From Syncephalis fuscata S228 (Eukaryota > Fungi > Zoopagomycota), in the NCBI GenBank assembly GCA_025786725.1, contig JAHLTZ010000006.1:372001-436000 (forward strand): DNA of 64,000 bases, read 5' to 3'. The notes under the pieces are model-generated. The model was given only the letters and a program-made list of their open reading frames with translations, was not told the DNA's origin and did not search any database. Both the position numbers and the translations under genes were made by a program. Positions 52,100 to 64,000 of the stretch are shown here, one piece after another. Within the stretch, counting starts at the first letter, position 1. Each line of letters starts with the position of its first letter.

Positions 52100-53602
52100 C
52101 TATGCTGTTCCACAGCCCAACGAAGTGAGTACTTTCCCAAGGCGTATAATCGCCTCTTCCACCTTTTCGGAAGTTTCATAAGAAAATCCGGCTCGCAGAT
52201 AAGGTGCTTGATCGGCTTTCTCTGTGTTGGTTAAATTTTTACTATCTTTCGTTACAATAAACTGCCAACCAGGTACTAATAGCACGCCATGTTCAATGCA
52301 CCGCTCAAATACTTGTTCCATGTGACCTGGTGTTTTTCGAAACGATTCTGGCAGATTCAAACGAAACCAAAAGAACATACCGGCTTTAGGCTTCTTCCAT
52401 TCGCAAAGACCAGTGAGCTCGCGTTCGCAAATCTGTTGGACATAATCACATTTCTGTCGGTAATTTTCACGAATGGCTGCCAAATGCCGCTGCCATCCGG
52501 ATTGGCCCCAAGTGTCCAGCAAGAGATGAGCAGCAATGGCTTGCGACCATCCAGATGGCTGTTGAATTGATATCTCATTGTGATATTGTATTAAATGAGT
52601 GATAGCTTGTGGAGCTACCAGCCAACCTAGACGCATGCCTGGTGCCAGTATTTTGGAAAACGATTCTAGACGTATAACTCGTCCGTCGGTATCCATAGAA
52701 AGTAACGAGGGGAGCAATGGTGCATCGGGCGATTCATTGAATTGCAAATGGTAATACGGATCATCTTCAATGATGATAAGATTCAACTCTTGTGCCACTG
52801 CATAAATAGCTTGACGTCGTTCGAGTGACATACATGTGCTGGTGGGATTCTGGCCAGTGGGAATCTAATAATAATGTTGCTATCAATAACATATTTAATT
52901 TGTTGTGTAAATAAGTACACTTACAACGTAGACTGTATTTAATGGGCGGTCACCAGTCCAAGAAGCAACAGCTTGCCTTAGCGAATCGGGTCGCATTCCA
53001 TCATCATCCATGTCTACCGGCCAAGCCGTAACATTCATATGTTTCACCGTCTCCATAATGGCGGGGTAGCACCATTTTTCTACAAGAATACCGTCCCCAG
53101 CATTAAGGAATAACGATGCAACTTTGGAAAAGGCATCAGTATTTCCAGCTGTAGCAACAACATCCCAGTCAGCGTAACGTGGTAGGTGTAAGCGACGTGT
53201 TTCCTCCGTAAAAAAACTACGCAATGAAACTAAGCCACGCCCAGCGCCATATTGCAATGCGGTATTCAGTGTAGGCAAAGCATTAGATGACAAATCTGTT
53301 AGTGATGATGATGAGGCAACTGTCAAGCTGGTCGATGGTATGGGTTCATTAATAACGGTATGGTTCTTCATATCAATGGAAACTTGCGCAAATGGAAATG
53401 TTGCCGGATGTGGTAGACCGGCTCCTAGTGAAATCAAGCCAGGTATGGCCATGTACTTCAATAGACCCTTCAATGGGCTTGGTTGTAGTTCACGTGCATT
53501 GCGTGAATAATAGGACGAAAAGTCTTTTGCCAATGGTAAAGTATCAACAGACGATGCTGGAGTAGCATCAGATTTACTGGCGCCAGAACAATCCACAGGC
53601 AT
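52100..53602 (-). CDS. ARO8: PLP-dependent aromatic amino acid / 2-aminoadipate aminotransferase, one intron
   Basis: ISLGAGLP, ALQYG, PTGQNPT, IIEDDPY, SFSKILAPGMRLGW, GMFFW. Confidence 0.88.
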
Positions 53603-54307
53603 AATAACAGGTAGAATAAAGAATCAAGACAATGGCAAAGACAATTGAGTTTTATCTGTAAATGCGGATTAGTCATACCTATTTATACATTTGCGGACTG
53701 TTCTTTTCGCTGATAATCAAGATGTAGCTGTAACCAATAGTCGTTTGTACTTTATGATCTTTAGTTTGATTGGTCGAAACAATTGTTTTCGCGTCACGGC
53801 AAGCAAGTTTGTTACAAGTAAAAATAGCCATCTATACTCCGCCCAATTGCCCCATTAAAATTGAAAAGATTACCACCACCAAGCTTTCTTGTACAGCAAT
53901 AACATTACAAATTCACATCCAATTTATTTCACATTATAACGTACTATTAATAAAAGTTTTCCATCAAATTGCTCCAGTATACATAAAATAAAGTTGATTT
54001 GTAATCGACTATTCATATAACAGTGCTTTGATGTGTAATTCCTACGGACTTTTAGCCAGATTTATTGAGCATTATAGCAATAAATTATTATATGGGATAT
54101 TATTTAAAAATACATGTAAATAAATTACAGCAATATAATAATAAATGGTTTGCCAAAGTCAGCAAAATAAGTCTGGTTCACTGTCGAATGCGTGTCTTAG
54201 CACAATGATCTACGTCAGTACCCTGTTTAACGAACAGTAAGAATTTAAAACAGTATAAATTTATTTACTACAATTGTAATTCTATGACAAAGGCGTAATT
54301 TTTTAGT

Positions 54308-56196
54308 ATGCAAAATTACAAACCTGAAATGCTATTGCATACTTTAAGTCGTACTAGACTATTTACCGTGTAGATTTCATTATGAAAGCATATGTTTGCC
54401 TAAAATGCTACTAAAGCTATTTATTGCATCTAGGCCACAAGATGTTGCGCTTGAATTTGCCCGGACTCAACTTCAGCTTAAAGGTGAGAACTTTGTTATA
54501 GTAGATGTATACAAAACAGAACACAGCAACACTACTCATGTCTATCTACAGCAAGTGATCAAAGGCATCAAAGTTTCCAGCGGTAGAGCTGGCATCCATG
54601 TTGGCAAAAACAAGGATAATATTGCCTATGGCATTAGTTTTTTTAATAATACATCTACAACTCAAACCAATCCTTGTAAATTGGCGACCAAAAATTTAAA
54701 ATATGGAATGGTGAAATCGATGAGTTTGTATTGCCCATTGAAGCTTTTCGTAAATTTACCGCGCATATTAAACAGTCATTTAACGCAAGTCTTGTAACCG
54801 TTACATCACAAATCAGCAATTTTGGCAGCCATCCTATCTGCTTAGACCTACTGCGTTTGCTAATGAGAATGTAGAAGCATCGCTGTCCTATATTCATACC
54901 AATACAAATGAACTAATACCTACCTGGGAATACAAAGTCAAAATGCCGTTCAACTATTTTCATGTTCACATTTGTGCCAATGACAAATAATTTTTTAAAT
55001 GATTTTGTAAGCTTTGCCACATATCGTGCTATTAAATTGGGCGATAACAATCCAGTGAGCACACCACGCTAGCTTATTATTGATCCTGAAGATAAAATTG
55101 CATCTTAAATGACTGGCACACAAAAAAATTATCAAATTCACTACTACTATTGGCAATAACGTCATTGCTCAAGAGGATTTTATTGGCAATTTAAACAGTA
55201 TGGAAAGCCGCCACCGTCTTGAAGGTGAAAAAAATTAAAGTTTGATTTTGCATTGAATCTTAACAAAGGGCCGAAAAGCAATGTAGATGCAGCAATCACC
55301 AATCTTTTTACATAACAAATCTTATTCATGATCTTTTGTGTCATCATGGCTTTGACGAGGCTGCGGGTAACTTTCAGGAAGTAATGGTACAAGGATGGCA
55401 AAGGCGGCGATGCTGTCTTAGCTAATACACTTTTTGGTTATGACGCGCCTCCAGAGAAGAAGTTTTTGAATAATGCTTTTTTATATCAGCTCCCGACGGC
55501 GAACGGCCTATGATACATATGTTTGGATTTAACCAAACAAGGCCGCATCGTGATGGCGATCTAGACAACAGCATTATTGCTCATGAGTATGGGTATGGCA
55601 TTTCCAGTCGATTAACCGGTGGTCCATCTAATATCGATTGCTTATCGCACACCGAGGTCAGAGGCATGAACAAGGTTGAGTGCTTTTTTTTAGCTATGGC
55701 TCAAATAAAACTGCCCGTAAATCAACTAAGAGCGTAAGCATAGATCAATATGCTTTTAACCGCAGCGTTCGCCCATATCCATATTCACTTAACACCCATT
55801 AATCCTACAAAATATGCATTTTAAATGAAGCCAAATGGATGGGCTATCCTCATCCAATGGACTCTATATAAGCTAATATGTTCTATAAAGTTTATTGGAA
55901 CCTTGTCGGCAAGCTTGGTTTTCAAAAAGACAAATATTCAGCCGATCTAACAAAGGGAAGTACACTTATGTTCAAATAATTATTGATGCTTTAAACATAC
56001 AACCATGCAATCCAACATTATTACGGCTCGTAATGCAATTATTCAATCAAAAAAGCAACTTACAAAAAGCCAACATGCTTGTGCTATTTGGTCGGCATTT
56101 GCTGCAAAAGGTCTTGGTGCTGGTGCACATGTTCATCAGAATGGTACTAGGATAGAAGGCTTTTTTGCCCAAATGATACAGTTATTAACCATATAA
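54308..56196 (+). pseudogene. Decayed fungalysin (M36 metalloprotease) pseudogene; start approximate
   Basis: FTP-like THVYLQQVIKGI, TTIGNNV, GFDEAAGNFQ, RDGDLDNSIIAHEYGYGISSRLTGGP, IWSAFAAKGLG; multiple stops and frameshifts; HExxH changed to HEYGY. Confidence 0.85.
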
Positions 56197-56617
56197 ATAC
56201 ATAAATAATCGTTTATTCTTTGATAAAACATATGTTAATGTAATAGCCACTACTTTATTCAATATTGTCCAGATGCAACGATTATTTTGAGCATAAACTG
56301 CACATTACCATACATCAGTTGACTGCTACGCATTTGCTTCAAATTATTAAGACTATAAACACTCAGGATATTTCAAGAATTATGACTTTACAAATTTTAA
56401 TTAACCTTTTATTTAACTGTTTCCTTTTCCGTGTCTTTAAATCCTAACATTGCAGTGGTGTTACAGTGTCAATTAATCATATCATTCACAGATGAAAACT
56501 CCGTTCAATGGGACACAGTCTCAAAATGCCCACCTCTCTGCATCTGCGTCCTCGTAAACGCGCTCATCGTTTCTTGTTCTCCGTTTACTCTCCTTTTTAA
56601 CAAACAGCAATCTAACC

Positions 56618-58406
56618 ATGGCAGAGGCGCCAACAAAGGCGGAAATTACTGAAATATTCAAGCGACTTCAATCGAAGCGTGAAAATAAGGTAGACTACGA
56701 AGGCGTGTGTTAAATCAGATTGCTGTAGACTAATAGTCGTGTCTACTCTAGATTTGCTTTGACTGTAATGCAAAGAATCCAACCTGGTCTAGTGTTACGT
56801 TTGGAATCTATCTTTGTCTCGACTGCTCGGCCGTTCATAGAAACCTTGGCGTACATATTACATTTGTGCGGTAAGTAATATTTGCCTGATTTTACCATGA
56901 ATACCGGCTAATCTGTCATCTACCGGCTACTAGGTCGACGCAGTTAGATTCCTGGTCGTGGGATCAGCTACGTGTTATGAAATTAGGTGGCAATGGACGA
57001 GCACTAGAGCATTTCCGCCAGCATAACGGCTTGAAAGATGACATTAAACAGCGATATACTGGCCGTGCAGCCACCACATATAAAGATAAGCTGACAAAGT
57101 TATGCAGAGAAGATGAAGCGCTGTAAGTATTGCATTGTATAAAATCTAATAGGCACCTGGTGTTCATTCTAACTAACTGTAAAATGTAGCTTCCCTGACA
57201 CGGTAGTACTTGAGGATGCGCCGCAGCTGAACCAACTTCACCCAAAGACGACTTTTTTGCGGAATTTGAAAAGTCTTCAGCCAAAAGTGGTGCCGCAACA
57301 TCGACTGGATTGGCTGGATCATCAGCATCGTCATTTGGCTCGACAAGCGGGGCACGTGTGTCAGCGCTAAAACCCAAAACAACAGTTGGCCGTAAGCCTG
57401 GTCTTGGTAGCAAGCTTGGGGCGAAAAAGACGGTAGCTACCGTTAATTTTGCGGAGGCAGAGGCACGTGCTAACAGGAAGCTGAAGCTGCGGTACGCAAA
57501 CAAGCAGAACTAGTCGCACAAGAGCAGAAACGTGCGGAAGAGCAAGAGCGTGAACGTCTTGCACGCATTACGTCGAGTAAAGCTACTGCTTCTACAAATA
57601 AATCCTCACCTGCGTCATCTTCCTATACAAAGACAACACCAAAGGCGCCAGTAATTGAAGCGAATGACCAGGAACTAGATCGTCTTGGTATGGGATTCGG
57701 TAAATTGGCTTTGAATGCTGCACGCGCTGATGCTGCTAAAAGGTAAAAATCAACATTACAATTGAAATAATAATGATCTATTAACAGTAATTACAATATA
57801 ATTAGCAATCGCACTCGCAGCTATCAAGATAGTTCAAGTGAATGTAAGTGAATTGTAGATATTGTTAATAACCAATTAACATAATTTATTAGCATCAGAG
57901 GCTCAAAATCGATTTGCTGGCCAAAAGGCCATTTCATCTGATGAATTCTTTAATCGTGGTAGTCATGATCCACAGCAACGCGAGGATACACGCACAAAAG
58001 TACGTGAATTTACGGGTGCTACCGCGATCAGTAGTGATCAATGGTTTGGTCGAGAAGAGAAAGAAGGACCAAGCTCGTCTGATGGTAAGCTTTTATATGA
58101 ATAATAGATCATCTACTAATGTGCTTTTACAGCTGCTAATGCGAACATTGATTCGGCAAAAGAATTTGCTCGACGATTTATAGATCAGGCAGGAGCTGAT
58201 TATGACGCGCTTAAAAACGTTGTTCAATCAGGATCGGCCAAGGTAAGCTACTAATGAGCGTGTTTTAAAATTGTATACCAATCATTTTGATAATTTATAT
58301 TAAAATAGCTTACAGACATTGTACAAGATTTACAGGTGAGCTATAATAGAATTAAATGTTTTGGTATTTATCATTTTATTCGTTTTAGTATCGCTATAGC
58401 AATTGA
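56618..58406 (+). CDS. GLO3: ArfGAP2/3 (Glo3-type) ADP-ribosylation factor GAP, multi-exon
   Basis: [51 protein letters not shown]; Glo3 motif KAISSDEFF...AISSDQWFG. Confidence 0.92.
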
Positions 58407-59074
58407 TTTAAACTGTAAGACAACGTTGATGTGCAAACCGATCATTATCAAATAAACAAGTTATGTTACTAGTAAAATGCTAGGCATTTCGTATAACGAT
58501 TATGCCATCTGTGGTGGCAGATATGGACCTCATGGTACATCGGTACCACATAGTTGGCCGGCCACTTAGCTCATATAAAGCTATCTATTTTATACGTCCA
58601 CAGTAAATAATTAGTTTAACTTTCAATTACGTTTTATTACATATTATCATTGTTCCAGGGCTTTCTTCACTTTGTCGTGTTATTAGGACCACCATCTAGT
58701 AGATAGTAGAACGCCATCAAACAAGGAGCATTTTTGGTGTTGCGTATATGTTTGTTATACAGCGATTCTCCTTTATCTCCTTTTATTGTCGTTTAGATGA
58801 AGAATTGACCTTGGAATAGCCACCCTTAATCTATAAGACTATGGTAATTTTGTCCTTTTGATTTTTGCCGTAGTCGATCGAACAATTATTGAACAATAAT
58901 AGAGAAAAATAGAAAGTGACAACGATGGCAGTCATTGCAATATGAATCCGTTTTATTTGCTATACGCTCTTAATTGTCGCTTTTTATTCTAATATTGCCC
59001 TTATACAACATTAAACATATAAATAACATTAATTTTTTTATAAAACAAAGCTATCACTTTTTTAATTCGTAGAT

Positions 59075-60190
59075 ATGGTACATTCCTGGCGTGCTCCCGT
59101 CTCCCATGCCAAAGATAATGAGCATAGCTATCTTTACAGCCATGAAGTAGCCATGGTGATACAGCAGGCACCAATGAAACCAGGACAGTCTATATTATCG
59201 CCTATAGAAGCATCGCCTATCGATGCAGCTACCAATCGTACTCGTCATACCGATCGACAAACGAGCAGCAATGCATTATCGACGATCTCTCACCTATGGC
59301 TAATGATGCAAGACATGTATTACACGCAAACAACACTGCTAAAGTACTACTTGTGATTTTTTGTCTAACTCAATCTACCCAGCTTGTAAGCTAATATATA
59401 TATATATATGATTTGCTTATATTATAAATTACCTTTATTAATATTTGATATTTTACATCTCATTAGCTTAGCTTTATTATACTACTAGGATTTGACTATA
59501 TATTTCTATTCATTGATGTGCCCACTTTACCACTATTTGTCAGTTTTATTTACGTAAGCATATTATGTCTCGGTGTATTGGTCGCAGTGAAGCGATCACA
59601 ATTTGGATTGGCCGCAGTAAGTTTGACTTGCCTTTTTATTCTATCGCTTATAAAACTAACTAATTTATTAATAATACGCCTAATCGATATAGTATGCACT
59701 ATTTTGCGCTATCCATACTGGCTATTCGTTTTTTATGCTACTCGTATTGGGTGGTAGTATTGATTATCATCGATTCCACACGCCATTTGCCGGGAAATCA
59801 CCAGCACCACATTCAATTATCGAGCTACTCGATGCACCTGACACGCTACAATGGTATATCGATTCGAATGCCGCTCCTTTTGGCTATGCGGCCGCTGTGA
59901 CTTTTGGCGAGGGACACGGTGAAACGGCCCTCTACTGGCTTATGACACAACTATCATGGCAGCTTGTTCTTGCCATGATGGGTGGCGGATTTGGCCTTGC
60001 TCTACGCTGGGCCTATAAACAACAGGAACTTGCCTGGAAGTTATACGGGGCCGATGCCACCCACGAAGAACACAATGACACCAATAACACAAGTAACAAC
60101 AACAGCAACAATAATAATAATAGCCATGTTGGCGCCACTAAACCTCAAGAACAAACAGTTGAACAACAATTTTGCGAAGTACCATTGTAA
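59075..60190 (+). CDS. Hypothetical multi-pass membrane protein, 2 introns, one apparent frameshift ~59290
   Basis: Spliced exons give about four hydrophobic segments; poly-Asn tail. Confidence 0.55.
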
Positions 60191-60237
60191 TTTATATTAT
60201 TTTAGTTTATAGTAATATTATAATAAATATTGAATAG

Positions 60238-63200
60238 TTATGCTAATCTAAATGCATCCATCGCATTAAGATCTTGTCGTTGCAATCCTGTCAATACATA
60301 TTCTGAAGTGTAAATAGCAAGGGCGGAAGCATTGGTTCGTTCTAAAAACAGACGCCATAATGAGGCGTCGTTTGGACCGCTAATAACAACCGTGTTATCG
60401 GGCAACTTGCCAATATGTTCTAATTCAAGATTATTCTATCATCGATATTAGACAAATGGTATCTATATGTATCGTTATTATCCATGCTTACTTTATCGGT
60501 ACCGTTTAACAACTTGACATTACCACCAGCAATGGCCACAACTCTTGCCAGAGTAGGTGCATCTGGATGTACATTAGTAGTAATAACAAATGTTTGATTG
60601 GTAAACAATGGCTGTTTGGCAGCACGCTTCAGCGATTCAGATAGTCTAAATCCATGCATTTCTTCCGCTTTTGTATCTTGTAGTGCATAGTCATTTACAT
60701 CTAAATAAATGTTAGTAGCTATTCTATCATATCAATCACATATAATACCTAAAAATCTTTTCTCTCGTATACTGTTGGTTAACCATGCATGTGTTACAAT
60801 GGGACATGCTCGAGCCAGTGCTGATAAAAATTTCTCAGTTCTTGCAGCACTTTTAGCCATTAAATGTGTACATTGACGAGGATCTGTTACTACTTTTCCT
60901 CCTAAATCAATTAGACCCTGTATTAATAACAGTTAGTTATTATTATTGTTATTATTGTTAATAGCAGCTAGTAATACGGTAATTATACTTACTTGAATAT
61001 CTAATGAACTTAATTTTACTCCTGTTGTCAATAATTTTACTGTGTTTTTGGATACATTAGTAGGCTGATCTTTACTGGATTCAATTGTTGAATCAAATAT
61101 TCTAGTCGTATACGCATTAATAGATAAATACATTAATTAATCTATTATATTAAACTTACTCGCTATTCAATGGCTCTTCTATTTCTGAGGTTAATGGCAT
61201 ATCCTCTGATAACGTCGGTATCGTGGATTGTGCTGCTATTTTGTTATTTGTATTACTATTTTCATTATTTTCATTGTTATTATTAATGGTATGATCTTTT
61301 TCGTCGTCATCATCATCGTCATCATCAATAATTACACGACGAGTCGATGCAAGTTTAACTCGTTTGTTACGATTAGATGTAGTGAATGCTTGATTAATAG
61401 TAGTATCTTTTTTTGTCTTTAGTTGTTGTTGTTGTACAGTTGATGATGGTTGTTGTCGTTTAGCTTGCATTCGTTGACGATAGGCACGTCGCATCTCTCG
61501 TTCAAATTCATTCATTGATTGTACAAGATCAGATAGACGAGCATTTGCTTCCAATGCTGATTGTCGTCGATGATATGCATTTATTCGTGTGGATGTTGTT
61601 GTTGTTGAATTACTTGTATTATCTTCATGATCTGATGGCGGTATTTCTGTTACTTGATCTGTTGTAGGATCTGTTGCCATATCCATTTCATCAACTGTTC
61701 TACCCGAACGTGCTTTCAATATCCATGGTTCTAAATCGACAGATCGATAGCCTGTCTGTCCTACAATCTCTAATAGACCTTGTCCAATTGGGAAATGTGT
61801 ATAGTGTGGGCGAGTAACGGTTTGTGCTTCCCAGGCTCGATACGATTCTTCAAGCCATAAATGATTAACAATAACAATATTCCATTCAGTGGCTGCAACA
61901 TATTTATTGCCATGGGGTCTAAATGAATCTATATTAGCCATTATTATCATGTAAAATTAAATATACTTACTCGGCACAAATAACATGTGTATTGCGTTTA
62001 GTCATCTCAGCAGTGTATTGAGCACCACATAGAATAATAAGTCGTTTTAAATATTCTCGTGCCATACCCGAGTAATTTGATATGGTTATTATCTAATTAA
62101 TATGAATATATAGCAATATATATATACATATCAGTATAAACAATATGTAAATATCTGTTACTTACAAAGTGACGCATATTAGGTATACCATGTTTTGGTA
62201 CTGGGTAGTGTAATAATTGACTACAACTGGATTCAAGTCGATATGTAAGCAGTAGATGATAGAGCCAATTCAACGTTCCAACTACTTTATTATCTGCTAT
62301 AGCCTAATTTTACATTAGTCTATTATTGCTACTATTATTGCTATTGCTACTATGATCAACTTACTTGTTGGTATGCCTCACTTGTTCTCCATCGACAAAT
62401 AACCATATCAACTTGATCAGCTGTATATATTTTACATAATTGACCGCCAGATTGTTTGATTCGTTTCTCTAATATAGCCTCTGTTTCATCGGTAATCTTT
62501 AAATCATCGGCTAAATGAATTCGATAACCTTTTAAACATTGCGGATCCCTTGTCGTTCCATAGGCAGTGTTGCCGATTCATTCTGATCACTTGTTTCTGT
62601 ATCAGCATCTATAACAGCTGTTGTCATATTTGTTGATGCTATCCAAGGATGTTCTTGTAGAAGAGGTGGGTTGGAAATAGATACTGATGCTAATCACAAT
62701 TATAGGTATTTTATTTAATATTATTATACGTGTTACTAGTATTAGAGCTACTATAGACATACCTCAGGAATACGTCTACGTAATCTAAAGCAATCATCGA
62801 GCCAATGTGGCAACACTACTTTAATGCCCAATTCTGGGTGTTGCATAGCTGATTCATATCGTGGCTATATATAATATAATCATATTGATAAGCATCTATC
62901 TATCGGTCTATTTTATATGACTTACACCGCCAGATGACAATGCAATAAGATGTGTTACTTCTTTTACCATTTTCTCTTGCCATTGTCCACCAAATGCTTC
63001 AACACCTCCAAAGATGGCATCACGATCGATATCAGGTATCTAATATATATACATATATACATACACATATACACATATTAGTTTAATATATTGCTGTTGT
63101 TATTGGACTATTACCTGTGAAGTAGCGACAACAATACCTGATAGAAATCGTTCTGAATCAGTTGAATAGTATTCCGGTCTATTATATTGCTATTAATCAT

Positions 63201-63925
63201 ATAATATATAAATACACAATTACTTACCGATGTGTATAGCCATTCCGTATTGCTCGTTGCACCCAAGTAGGCTATAATATATTAATTAATTAAATTCAAA
63301 TAATATAACAATTGTATGCTACTTACTGTTACAACATGGATATTACGTGCGTTAACCTCTTCATATTCTGTAAAGTCATGATCCCATGAAATACAATGTG
63401 TTGTACGTGTTAAATTAAATCGTGTATTAAATAGTTGATCCTCTTCAGTCTCTGTATTATGATCATCATTATCAATTGATACAGCGGATGATCGTGTATT
63501 GGATGGAATACGACTTGTATTAACACCACCATTTGATTGTAATAACTGTGAAATCTATTATTTAAATAATATTAGTATTATATAATACTATACAGTAACA
63601 AATAGATAGATAAATACCTCGTCATATAATGGACGTGACATTAACGGATTAATCCAAAGTATACGCCATCGAATATTGGCCGTTTATTTGAGTGTGTTAA
63701 TCGATTTGTCCGTTGTTTAATGGTTTCTTGGTGTTGGTGGCCGTATGTCTTGCTTGATAATACGCGACGAGTTGGTACAGTTGTCGGTGTTGTTACAGAC
63801 AATTCATCAGCTTCTGAAATAAGCATTGGGTCATGACTTGAACTAGCAGGGTCCATTGCACTAATAATAACAATACTATGTCTATTACTATATAATTGGT
63901 TGTTGTAGCTAGTCACAATAGTCAT
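60238..63925 (-). CDS. Multi-BRCT DNA-damage scaffold (Rtt107/Brc1/PTIP-like), many introns
   Basis: BRCT motifs VTHLIA, VVLPHWLDDC, ITISNYSGMAREYLKRLI, IVNHLWLEESY, CTHLMAKSAARTEKFLSALA, IYTSEYVLTGLQRQ. Confidence 0.88.
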
Positions 63926-64000
63926 TGGTATGAATAGTCAAAACAGACAGTGAAAGAATAAAAAGTGTGTAAAATCACGCAATTTTAATTTGAATTAATA

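Overview
Eukaryotic, AT-rich, intron-dense fungal genomic DNA with short GT-AG introns and CTAAY branch points. The gene content (myosin-motor chitin synthase, ER Hsp90 ending HDEL, M36 fungalysin, PA-domain multi-TM repeats) points to an early-diverging fungus, plausibly a Zoopagomycota parasite such as Syncephalis; this assignment is inference. About 20 protein-coding loci are present. Housekeeping genes: Scc3/STAG cohesin subunit, class V-type chitin synthase, GRP94, ABCG half-transporter, Aro8-like aminotransferase, Glo3 ArfGAP, Rtt107/Brc1-like BRCT protein, TMEM97/EXPERA protein, a questin-oxidase-family protein and two phosphoesterase-family acid phosphatases. An accessory block at about 10.5-17 kb holds a five-exon secreted pseudokinase that the ORF track misses and a tandem pair of signal peptide + PA-like ectodomain + multi-TM receptor-like genes, one carrying a nonsense codon. 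A multi-chromodomain/PHD gene with a degenerate SNF2 ATPase is bracketed by two inverted copies of a ~650-bp MITE-like repeat that appear identical over 390 bp. Other elements are a 760-bp foldback element, a third MITE copy, a decayed fungalysin, a small Cys-rich secreted peptide and an unexplained ~230-bp GC-rich, foldable island. Many conserved genes show single-base deletions in homopolymers, most likely long-read assembly errors. No rRNA, tRNA or CRISPR array was recognised.
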